Below, in pieces: positions 10,431-19,170 of a stretch of DNA of 64,000 nucleotides. A program made the translations under genes and the position numbers. Positions within the stretch are counted from its first letter, which is position 1. Each line of letters starts with the position of its first letter. A model generated the notes under the pieces. The model had not been told where the DNA came from and ran no database searches. It was given only the letters and a program-made list of their open reading frames with translations. Source of the DNA: Nitrospirota bacterium (GTDB lineage Bacteria > Nitrospirota > UBA9217); the NCBI GenBank assembly GCA_963845065.1, contig CAWJQQ010000009.1, positions 480,001 through 544,000 of the forward strand. Reading direction: 5' to 3'.

Positions 10431-11225
10431 TCAGGGTGTTTGTTTTTTACGTGACGTGATCATGAGATATGCAAAGAACGAGCCTACGAACAGGACCATC
10501 GCGGTCCCGGTAACCTTCAGGATGTTGAACACGTAGGATTTCTTAAGTGGGTCATAACTGAAACAATATAGAAGCACCTTGTGTGTCGTGGAGCCTACTC
10601 TGCCTTCAGAGGCCTCATTTAGGGCCATCATGACTTCAAAGGGTAGAAACGTGGTGCCTTCAATATAGCGTACAATTTTGCCGCCAGGTGCGATCACAAC
10701 GAGGGTGACTGGATGAGAAAAATCATGCTCGCTATCGCGCTGGAACCTGAAACCAATGGAATCGGTGAACTTGTGTATGTTCACCCTATCGCCCGTGAGA
10801 AATTTCCATGCATCTTCAGGGAACGGCTTGCCCACCGCCTTTATGTAGTTGATCTTCTTGGCCCGTGCGATTGCCGGTGTATCGTTCTCGTCGAAACTGA
10901 GCGTGATGACCTGATAATCCTTGTCCGGTTTGGCTAGTTCGATTTTGCCGAGAACATCGGCAAGGCCGCTCAAGAGTAGTGGGCACTCGTGCGTGCAGCT
11001 AAGGTAGACGGGCGCGATGATCGTAGGTTTGTCGATCAGACCCTTGAGCAAGACGCGCTTGCCGTTCTCGTCGACGAAGGCAGCGTCAGGGGGAAGATAT
11101 TGACCTAGCTTTTCGTCGATCCCAACATCAGCACGCGTGGTAGTGGTCTCCTGTCCCCAGGAAATGTGCGGCAGCAGGAGCAGTGGCAGGAGGTAAATCA
11201 GTCTGAGCTTGCTTGAAGAGATCAA
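10431..11225 (-). CDS. SCO1/SenC family copper chaperone
   Basis: CTHEC (CxxxC), conserved His in FSHP, YCFSYDP; first gene of the cox operon. Confidence 0.9.
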   Translation of the reverse strand: MISSSKLRLIYLLPLLLLPHISWGQETTTTRADVGIDEKLGQYLPPDAAFVDENGKRVLLKGLIDKPTIIAPVYLSCTHECPLLLSGLADVLGKIELAKPDKDYQVITLSFDENDTPAIARAKKINYIKAVGKPFPEDAWKFLTGDRVNIHKFTDSIGFRFQRDSEHDFSHPVTLVVIAPGGKIVRYIEGTTFLPFEVMMALNEASEGRVGSTTHKVLLYCFSYDPLKKSYVFNILKVTGTAMVLFVGSFFAYLMITSRKKQTP

Positions 11226-11392
11226 TGTATCCTCTGATGGACTTGTAACAAGGGGTTAAGAACATCCTCGTATTTTCTGCGATTGTTGTAATAAGAATAG
11301 CGTAAACTGATGGGTAAAGTCAAGTGCACTGGGTCCGATGGTCATAAGTATAACAATTGCAAAAAATGAAAGAAGTGGTATATACTATTCCC

Positions 11393-12172
11393 ATGATCGT
11401 ATTTAAACAAACAGAGCAGTGCATGGTTTGCGGATCAGAGCTTGAATATTTACAACAATCAGAGTGCAGGGTGTGCACGTTCTGCGAAAAAAAGGAAGAG
11501 GGACACATTGCCTGTCCTCATGGCCATTTTGTCTGCGACACATGCCATGGGGCGGATGCGAGAAAAATGATTGAAAAGACTGTATTTTCGGCTCTGGACG
11601 CAGACCCCCTTGCTATTGCTGAACACATGCTCAGTCATCCGAGTCTCCCAATGCTTGGATGCGAACACGCTTTCATTGCCTCTGGGTCCCTCATGGCGGC
11701 GCTCAAAAACTCGCCTTACGGAAAGGGCAAGATCACGGATGATCATATTCGGGAGGCCTTTGCCCGGACAATGAAACAGGCTGTGGGCGGCTACTGCGGT
11801 CTTACCGGCGTGTGCGGAATCACGCCGGCCATCGGCTCCTGCTTTTCTCTCTTTCTGGGTGCGAGATGCGGTACGGACAGTGAGCAAAAGATCACGATGG
11901 ATGCCGCGATCAGGATATCGCAAGCCATATCCGCCGTGACCGGCCCGAGTTGCTGTAAGGCCTATGTGCGTGTGGCGCTCATGGAATCAGTTGCCATGTT
12001 GAGCGAGCGGCTCGGGGTCGTCCTGCCGGTCAAGAAAAGCACTGTCGTTTGCAGACACAGCGGCAAGCATCCCCACGGTTGTAGGGAAGAGAAATGCCCC
12101 TACTACGCGAGACCGGTAAAAGATATTTTTGCAGATGCGAAATTCATTCCTGGCACTGTCAGTACGTGCTGA
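11393..12172 (+). CDS. Cys-rich metal-binding protein (DUF5714-like)
   Basis: CMVCG, CTFC, CPHGHFVCDTCH, GYCGLTGVCG, GPSCCK. Start placed at ATG 11393 because the upstream TTGCAA..TATACT looks like the promoter. Confidence 0.75.
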   Translation: MIVFKQTEQCMVCGSELEYLQQSECRVCTFCEKKEEGHIACPHGHFVCDTCHGADARKMIEKTVFSALDADPLAIAEHMLSHPSLPMLGCEHAFIASGSLMAALKNSPYGKGKITDDHIREAFARTMKQAVGGYCGLTGVCGITPAIGSCFSLFLGARCGTDSEQKITMDAAIRISQAISAVTGPSCCKAYVRVALMESVAMLSERLGVVLPVKKSTVVCRHSGKHPHGCREEKCPYYARPVKDIFADAKFIPGTVSTC

Positions 12173-12326
12173 AAACCATAATACCGTCCGGTCGGACGAA
12201 ATTTTTTTTCTGTAATGGTCCGAGAGAAGATCGCAAAAAATGACGTTGAAAGAAAGATGTCCTTCCGAGTTGCGTATTTTTGTCACGGCTTAAAGATAAC
12301 ACTCGATACTATAACACGTTTACTTT

Positions 12327-13091
12327 ATGGCACCTGTGCAGAACTATATCAGCAACTGTCCTAATTGTAGCCGCACCATCGAGGAAGACCGCTACGTCAT
12401 AAGGCCGGACGGGACCTTTCGCTGCGAACACTGCTATTTCAACGACACCTATCTTGAAGGAGTAGTCCACTTTATCGATACGGCGTACCTCGTGACTCTC
12501 GAGGCGTTCGTGAGTGCCATCGACGCGAGGGAGCACGAAGTGGGGAACCATTCCCTCCGTGTGACGGAGTATTCCCTCATCATTGCAAACGCGTGCGACG
12601 TTCGGGGACGGGAACTTGTTGACCTCTACTGCGGCGCTCTGCTTCACGATATCGGCAAGATCGGGATTCCCGATGAGATACTTCATAAGGTCGGGCCGTT
12701 GAATGCAGATGAACAGGCAATAATGCGCACCCACCCCGAAATTGGCTACCGCATCATCGGGCGCATTGGTTATTTCGCACCCTCTGCAGAGATCATCCTT
12801 AGCCATCACGAGCACTTCGACGGTTCCGGCTATCCACGCGGCCTCAAGGGAGAAGCCATACCACATGGGACTAGGGTCTTTGCCGTGGCCGACGCTCTAG
12901 ATGCTTTGACGGTAAAACGATCGTATCACGAGGCCCGCACCTTTGAAGATGCTTTCGATGAGATTATCAAAGCCACCGGTAAAGTCTACGATCCAGCAGT
13001 GGTTCAGTCGGCACTCAAAGCATCCGATGAACTTAAGGACTTCATAGGCAGGATTGTGATCGACGGCATGGACCAAAGGAAGGGTAACTAA
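12327..13091 (+). CDS. HD-GYP cyclic-dinucleotide phosphodiesterase with N-terminal zinc ribbon
   Basis: LLHDIGK, HHEHFDGSGYP, AVADALDA; N-terminal CPNC...CEHC. Confidence 0.9.
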   Translation: MAPVQNYISNCPNCSRTIEEDRYVIRPDGTFRCEHCYFNDTYLEGVVHFIDTAYLVTLEAFVSAIDAREHEVGNHSLRVTEYSLIIANACDVRGRELVDLYCGALLHDIGKIGIPDEILHKVGPLNADEQAIMRTHPEIGYRIIGRIGYFAPSAEIILSHHEHFDGSGYPRGLKGEAIPHGTRVFAVADALDALTVKRSYHEARTFEDAFDEIIKATGKVYDPAVVQSALKASDELKDFIGRIVIDGMDQRKGN

Positions 13092-13183
13092 CCTGTTCCC
13101 GACAATGATCCTTTTCTCAAGGGTCGTTTTTCACCACTCCACATAACCAACTCGCAAAATTCGTATTGTAGCTTTCAATTTGC

Positions 13184-13352
13184 CCGTTCCTCAAACCATA
13201 GCTTTTTATCTCACCGGCTATTATGGCAGCCGAACAGTACTGCCGTCATAATACATGAGGGCATTGCATGCTGGTTCATACAAGCCCCTTTTTAGATTGT
13301 TGATGGATTCACGAATGGCGGCTTATCGATGTTGCGGGTAGGTGGCAGGGCG
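13184..13352 (-). mobile_element. Orphan diverged copy of the IS607 right end / omegaRNA region
   Basis: Collinear blocks shared with 2708-2890: CCGTTCCT, GCTTTTTATC, GGCAGCCGAACAGT, TGAGGG, TTCAyACAAGCmCCTTTTT, TATCGA, AGGTGGC. Confidence 0.75.
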
Positions 13353-13590
13353 ATCGAGCTCTCGACCTTGATAATGAATGTGTTTGTGGTCTAGACCAGC
13401 CTGTCGCGCACTGTAAATATCACCTTCTTTTAGAGCCTGTATTGGTTATCATGCACCCGCTATCCCCCTTATTTTTACGTATGAGCAACTCTCGTGTAGT
13501 TTCTACACAGCATTAATGGCAGCTCTGGAAGTTCCATTCACATGGGCCTAAAGCAATAATTTGAGATTACTTGGTAGGCAGAAATAGAAT

Positions 13591-13619
13591 TTGACACCAG
13601 TGGTGGCGAGTGTTATAGA
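13591..13619 (+). promoter_or_regulatory. Sigma70-like promoter
   Basis: TTGACA-17 nt-TATAGA just upstream of the riboswitch-like leader. Confidence 0.55.
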
Positions 13620-13640
13620 TTAAATCAGTTAAAAATAAAG

Positions 13641-13760
13641 TGGCTCACAAATGCAAAATCCTTTGTGAGAAGGCGAGGAAAGCGGCGAGTCTTTCCTGGG
13701 GGAGAAGGCCGAGCTGCCGAAGGATACAACCTTAGGTAAGCCCGGCTTTTTTTATTTTTT
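13641..13760 (+). promoter_or_regulatory. c-di-GMP-I (GEMM)-like riboswitch variant with overlapping intrinsic terminator
   Basis: GCAAA-stem(GTGA loop)-GAAAGC...GTCT...GCCGAGCTGCCGAA architecture; terminator GCCGAGCT...AGCCCGGC + T-run overlaps the aptamer 3' strand. Confidence 0.6.
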
Positions 13761-13795
13761 ATTAAACTCTGATGTGAATGAAGGAGGTAATGCAT

Positions 13796-14248
13796 ATGTA
13801 TACTGCAATTACGGTCAGTCAGGTGCTGCGAAAGAAAGGTCATAGTTTTATGACAATCGGTCCCTATGCCTCGGCATTTGAAGCTCTTGAGATCATGGCG
13901 GAAAAGAACGTCGGTGCGCTTCTCGTCGTGGAAAACGGGAGACTGATCGGCGTATTTTCGGAACGGGATTATGCTCGGAAGGTTATCCTGAAGGGGAAGG
14001 CGTCTAAGGATACTCGCGTGAGAGAGATTATGAGCACTTCTCTGGTTACAGTCAGTCTGATGACGTCTTTGCGGGACTGCATGGTGCTCATGACGGGAAA
14101 GCATGTCCGTCATTTGCCGGTTATCGATAATGGCGCACTCATGGGCGTCCTAAGCATGCGTGATGTGGTGAATACTATTATCTCTGATCAGGAATCCACG
14201 ATTGAAGAACTTGAAGAATATATCGCCGGGACGGGCTATCTGGCATAG
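13796..14248 (+). CDS. CBS domain pair protein
   Basis: GALLVV...GVFSERDYARKV, RHLPV...GVLSMRDVV; RBS AAGGAGG. Confidence 0.92.
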   Translation: MYTAITVSQVLRKKGHSFMTIGPYASAFEALEIMAEKNVGALLVVENGRLIGVFSERDYARKVILKGKASKDTRVREIMSTSLVTVSLMTSLRDCMVLMTGKHVRHLPVIDNGALMGVLSMRDVVNTIISDQESTIEELEEYIAGTGYLA

Positions 14249-14440
14249 CTGATGATCCGTGTACGCCAGCGAATCGTGTCTTTTTTTCTAGGCAGGAAAA
14301 GCAGTGTGGAAATATGAAATTGCCGTAATAAAGCGGTTGGTGGTGTGCAAGCGATAGCTATACATGAACATCACCAAACGTGAGATTCGAAGAGCGCGAC
14401 GTTCGTGTTGTACGCTCTTCGATCCTTCCGTTCTGCTTTG

Positions 14441-14838
14441 AAAAGAAGCCCCTCTCGCAGCGGCAACACGTTTGCGCATATGGTGTGGATGCGCAGTGCG
14501 ATCTGTATTCCGCATTTCTCGCAAAGTACTTTTTCGATGATGTCCTCAACACGCGCCAGGCTCTAGGAACCTGGCCGGGTGCAAACCTGCTCCTGGAACA
14601 GGTGGTGTTGAGGCTGCAGCAGGAAGCGGCGATAGGTCGGACTCATCCGGCCAGCTTCGGTCTCGCGCGAGCAATGAAGGAGCAATGAAGGTAAGAATAA
14701 GCGTAGACCGGAGACAGAGCTGCTCGCCCGCTAAAGACGCATCAACGATAGTCGAGGCTGGCAATGTTTGTGTCGTTGCCAGAGAGACTGTCAGTATTAC
14801 CGTCAGAACCCCCTAGTTTTAACTATGGGGAGTGGTCA
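14441..14838 (+). mobile_element. IS200/IS605 TnpB element remnant, copy 1 (tnpB 3' end + right end)
   Basis: KKPLSQRQHVC...DLYSAFLAKY; ends GAACCCCCTAGTTTTAACTATGGGGAGTGGTCA; homologous to 49447-49830 and 62765-63150. Confidence 0.85.
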
Positions 14839-14962
14839 GCTTTATTTCCAGCACGCCGCAGTGCGCTCCTTTGTGCTGGATCCGCAATATCAACGGCAGG
14901 CTTGTTGCATGGTAATAACATCAAACGGTGTAAACTATCTCCTAAGTACACACGTCCAAGCA

Positions 14963-16306
14963 TTAACGCTTCCGCATCCTGGCTAGATATTTTAACAGTA
15001 TTGCGCTCACACTTTTTGGCCGAGGCTGAAAGTCCACTTGGCCTACATCCCGTATCTCGCTGCCTTTGTCCACCGTGAGCGACGACGACTTTGCCAGCGA
15101 CAGGATCTGGCTCGGGTATACGCTCCGATGGCCGGTCATGAGAAAGCTGATAACGCAGGCCACAGCGGCATAGGGAGCGATCTGCGGTCCAAAAAGCTCG
15201 ATCGCCATTATGCTTGCTGAAATCGGAGTGTTAGCCGCGCCGGCGAGCACACTGACCATACCGATAGCTGAAAACAGCGCCATGTTGAAACCGAGGACAC
15301 TTCCGAAAACGCTGCCCGCTGTCGCGCCGACGAAAAAGATAGGCGTTACAATACCGCCGCTTCCGCCAAAACTGAGCGTGATCGCAGTAAACAATGCCTT
15401 TATCAGAAATGAGCCGCTAGGGACCGATCCGCCCTGCAGCACACTCATTATCGTATCAAGGCCGAGGCCAAGATAGCGCGTTGAAAACAGCCATGTGAGA
15501 ATAATGAGGGCAAAGCCACCGATAAGGCCTTTCAGAGGTTTCGACATCTTAACCCGATGGCTTAGCCTCTCGAAAAGGCTGATCATTTCGATGAGGGTAA
15601 GCGAACAGAGACCGAAAAACAGTCCTGCCAGGCATATCTTAAGGAAGAAATAGCTGCTGAAAGCAGGTACGATGCAGACGGCTTCATGAAAGTACGTGAT
15701 TCCCAACGTGGTCGACACCTGATAACCGACGATGCCTGCCACAAACGACGGGAGGAGCACATCATAGAGCATAGTCCCGACGAACAATACCTCAACACCG
15801 AAAAGCGCGCCCGCTATGGGCGTACCAAAGACTGTTGCGAAGCCGGCGCTGATGCCGCAGATGACCAGTTTTTTCCTGTCCTGGTCGTTGAATCGCAGAA
15901 GCCCCGAAAAGGCCGATGCGAGAGCCGCACCAATCTGGGCAGCGGGGCCTTCTTTGCCCGCCGATCCGCCGAAGGCGATCGTTATAATCGTAGCTACAAG
16001 TTTTACCGGCACGACTGCCAGTTTCATTTTGCCCGAGTGCCTGTGCACTGCCTCAATGATCTTTTCTGTGCCGTGACCCTCGGCATCGGGCGCGAAGACC
16101 TTCACGATAAGGGCGCTCAGGAACAGGGCCGCCGGAATAAGAAGAAAATAATAGTGATGCCGCGCTGTGGTGGAGATTCCTAGGCTGAGTAGTTTCAAGA
16201 ACACCGATGTCGAGATACCGACGAGGATGCCGACACATGTTGCCAGGAACAACCACTTCACGATGCTGATAAAGAGAACGGATCCTTCTACAACTTTTTT
16301 TCTCAT
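14963..16306 (-). CDS. ClC/EriC family chloride channel/antiporter
   Basis: GHGTE, GSAGKEGP, GGIVTPIF motifs; many TM helices. Confidence 0.92.
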   Translation of the reverse strand: MRKKVVEGSVLFISIVKWLFLATCVGILVGISTSVFLKLLSLGISTTARHHYYFLLIPAALFLSALIVKVFAPDAEGHGTEKIIEAVHRHSGKMKLAVVPVKLVATIITIAFGGSAGKEGPAAQIGAALASAFSGLLRFNDQDRKKLVICGISAGFATVFGTPIAGALFGVEVLFVGTMLYDVLLPSFVAGIVGYQVSTTLGITYFHEAVCIVPAFSSYFFLKICLAGLFFGLCSLTLIEMISLFERLSHRVKMSKPLKGLIGGFALIILTWLFSTRYLGLGLDTIMSVLQGGSVPSGSFLIKALFTAITLSFGGSGGIVTPIFFVGATAGSVFGSVLGFNMALFSAIGMVSVLAGAANTPISASIMAIELFGPQIAPYAAVACVISFLMTGHRSVYPSQILSLAKSSSLTVDKGSEIRDVGQVDFQPRPKSVSAILLKYLARMRKR

Positions 16307-16444
16307 AATATATTACCCACACTCAATTCTGTCAGATACGTCTCTTCCCTCCCACATTCGTCTATCGGTAATAACGTATGAAATGATATGCTGGCATATC
16401 AACTTCTTTTTAATTTATATTGTCAAAGTGAATACATTGCCTTT

Positions 16445-16520
16445 AAAATGAAAGGGTGCCGAAGGACCCATGAGGTTTCCGGCACCTAAAAAGTGATACA
16501 GAGTTGCATCTGCCGGACTT
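16445..16520 (-). promoter_or_regulatory. Putative riboswitch/attenuator upstream of the ClC gene (possibly DUF1646/Na+-I class)
   Basis: Minus strand: TCCGGCA/TGCCGGA stem enclosing a GATGCA/TGTATC hairpin; mutually exclusive with terminator GGTGCCGGA...TTCGGCACC-CTTTCATTTT. Confidence 0.5.
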
Positions 16521-16718
16521 GTCTTTAGCTCCGCGAAAGAAATCCTGAAAGGACCGGTCAACGCGAAACAAAATATTCTGCATGACTTGAGAGTGGATGC
16601 CATCGGGACGTTTTTTGTCGTTCTTAAGGATCTCTTGCTATCGTATCCGGGTAAGCCCCTTGCCAGTATTTTCAAAAGCGTTTTTTCCTTCTACGATACA
16701 TGAATTATAGAGTATCCG

Positions 16719-16760
16719 ACAGGCATTAAGGTTTGAATGAGAATCAATGCCTGTTTTTTT
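16719..16760 (+). terminator. Intrinsic terminator-like hairpin
   Basis: ACAGGCATT...AATGCCTGT followed by a T-run. Confidence 0.55.
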
Positions 16761-16784
16761 GTAGGATAGAGACGGTATTTATAA

Positions 16785-16852
16785 TTTATAAAACCTGTCC
16801 TTGAATACCCAGCAGTTCTACTGCTGGGATGAAAAGGACAATCCTGACGAAG
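16785..16852 (+). repeat. Truncated (left half) copy of the 142-bp palindromic MITE
   Basis: Identical to the first 68 nt of 56772-56913. Confidence 0.9.
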
Positions 16853-18235
16853 CCCGTCAGATCAAAATATTCGACTACCTCCAGTTCGCCAAAGCGCTTC
16901 AGGAAAAAGTCCGGGAGAATGCTGAGCGTATCGCCAAGGAGAACGGTACTGAGATCGAGTTCATTCGTAAGCTCAATGCGTTCTGTAAAGAGGCCCGGAT
17001 CAAGGACATCATCAAAAAGCGTGGCGAACAACCCGGCCCTGTTCATGTCTTCTCGGCCATGGAAGCCTGCACGAGATATAAGCCCTGGCATGACAAGAAG
17101 GCCGGAAAAACCTTTCTCAAGTACGATTCTGGCAAAGGCCTTCACTATTACTTCTACTTCATCGACAAAACGTTTGGCCTGTGCTACCTTCGCGTTCCCA
17201 CCTGGACTCCATTCCGGCTCTAGTTCTATATGAACGGCCACAACTGGCTGGCATAAAAACTGGACAAGAAGAAGATACATTACGACATGCGCGAGAACGC
17301 CTTTCTCTCTATCGATAATTTCGCCAAGGCGCAAGAGCTTTCCGTTAGCATCAAGGTCTCGGATTTACACCGAGCCCTGGATGGCTTCGCCCGGAAATAC
17401 TGCCCGGTCGGAAAAGAGTACAGTCTTACCTACCACAGGAGCACCATGCAGGTGGAATATGCCACCGACATTGTTTCCAAAAAACAATCAGACCTTTGCG
17501 CCTTGTACGAGCAAATCGTTCGAACCGCCATTTACTCTGTGAAACCGGAGAATATCGCAACCTTTCTAGGCCGAAAGCTTCACGGCAACTATCAGGGCGA
17601 CATGGGTAACAATTTCAACACCCGAATTCAGGGAACACGGATCAAGCACCATATGGGCGCTTCATCCATTAAAATGTACGACAAGTTCGGAAGCATCCTC
17701 CGGATCGAGACCACGACCAATGACGTCTCGGAGTCCAAACACTATCGGGAAGTCCAGTCGCGGACCGGAAACCCCGTCCACAAGAACGCACCCATGAAGA
17801 AGAACATCAACAGCCTGTTTGATCTCACGGCGATCTTCAAGGCCTCGAACCGCCGCAATCTTGAGTTCATCTCCACGTTCGATGACCAAAGCCAGGGGAT
17901 CAAAAATCTCGAAAGAATCTCAAAGCCCGTGGGCGTCGATGACCGTTTTTATAAAGGGTTCAATCTCTTCAGTGATGATGATCTCAAATTGTTTGAAGTC
18001 CTGGCCCGCAGTGAGTTCAACATCAATGGACTTCAGAACAGGTCTCTGCAAAAACAACTACCTACAATGAAGCAGCGCAATGACGAGAATTCTGAAACGT
18101 CTTCACGTCCACGGCATTATTCGTAAAGTCGGGAAAACATACAAGTACTATGTCCCAAAGCTTGGCAAGGCTGTTTTCACCGCGGGTTTGGCCATCAGAA
18201 ATATGTCCGTAATCCCGCAATTAGCGCATGTTTGA
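16853..18235 (+). pseudogene. Decayed putative transposase (YDK/LRIE-motif family with C-terminal wHTH, often auto-annotated MarR)
   Basis: Fragments 16801-17223, 17287-18126 and a frameshifted tail MTRILKRLHVHGIIRKVGKTYKYY ending at 18235; in-frame TAG at 17221 and a nearby TAA; motifs LHYYFYFID, NGHNWLA, IKMYDKFG, LRIETT. Confidence 0.75.
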
Positions 18236-18620
18236 GACATATTTAGTAATAAGTTCTACCCAGTTTGAGAAGATTTTGATTTCTTAGTTACTAAATGATA
18301 GCACGTGGGTCAAATCTTGTAAAAAAATTATGCCTTTCATCCTTTCCCTTACGGAAGGGGAATCCCCGGCGATAAGTTAGAAGTATCTGATTTTAATTTA
18401 TGCAGAACAAATATTTAGCCTATGATAATCATTTTTGCTTCTTTCTCACATATTGGTATATAATAAATGCAGTATTATAGACACTATGGCTCGCATTTGG
18501 TTTAATCGAGCGTTACTTTCTATTTGTATTCCATATTGTATGTATTACAATAGTTTGTATGCAAAATTTGTTAGCACTTTCTTTCTGCTTTGTCAAGGCA
18601 ATTGTAAGGAGGTTTAAGTC

Positions 18621-19170
18621 TTGGGCAAGAGACCAGATGCAGTCGCGGAAATCATCGATAACTTGCGTCGGGTATTTCAGGTAGTCAATGAGCAGTCGAA
18701 GAAGGCCGAGCATGAGACTGGTCTCACCGGCCCTCAGCTCTGGGCAATAAAAACCATAGCCCAGGAAACGCCAATCATGGTTTCGGAGATCGCCAGGCGC
18801 ATTTATCTTCACCCGGCTTACCGTGGTCGGCATTCTTGACCGCCTCGAAAAGCAGGGGCTGGTCATAAGAATACGCTCTACTGAGGACCGCCGCGTGGTC
18901 CGGGTAGAATTAACCGGAAAGGGTCGGGCATTGGTCAAGAAATCGCCGGAAGTAGCCCAGGGCCTCCTGGTCTCCGGCTTTGAACAGCTGAGCTCGAGCA
19001 AGCTGGAAAACATCGCGCAGGCGCTGGACCAAATTGCAGAGATCCTCGGGGCGCAAAATATCCCTCCACAGCTTATGTTATCCCCGGAGGTAAGTAAACC
19101 TGTTAAGACAACGGCTGGAATTGTGCGGAGGAAATCTTCCGTAAGACGATCGGCTGTAACAAGACGTTGA
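18621..19170 (+). pseudogene. MarR family transcriptional regulator, frameshifted near 18818
   Basis: GLTGPQLWAI...SEIARRIYLHPA in one frame continues as TVVGILDRLEKQGLV...EDRRVVRVELT in another. Confidence 0.8.

Noticed and set aside
13431..13460. TAGAG...GTTATCA...CCCGC resembling the IS607 left end, which would make 13184-13460 a complete MITE
   Set aside because: The match is short and gapped and cannot be distinguished from chance by eye.
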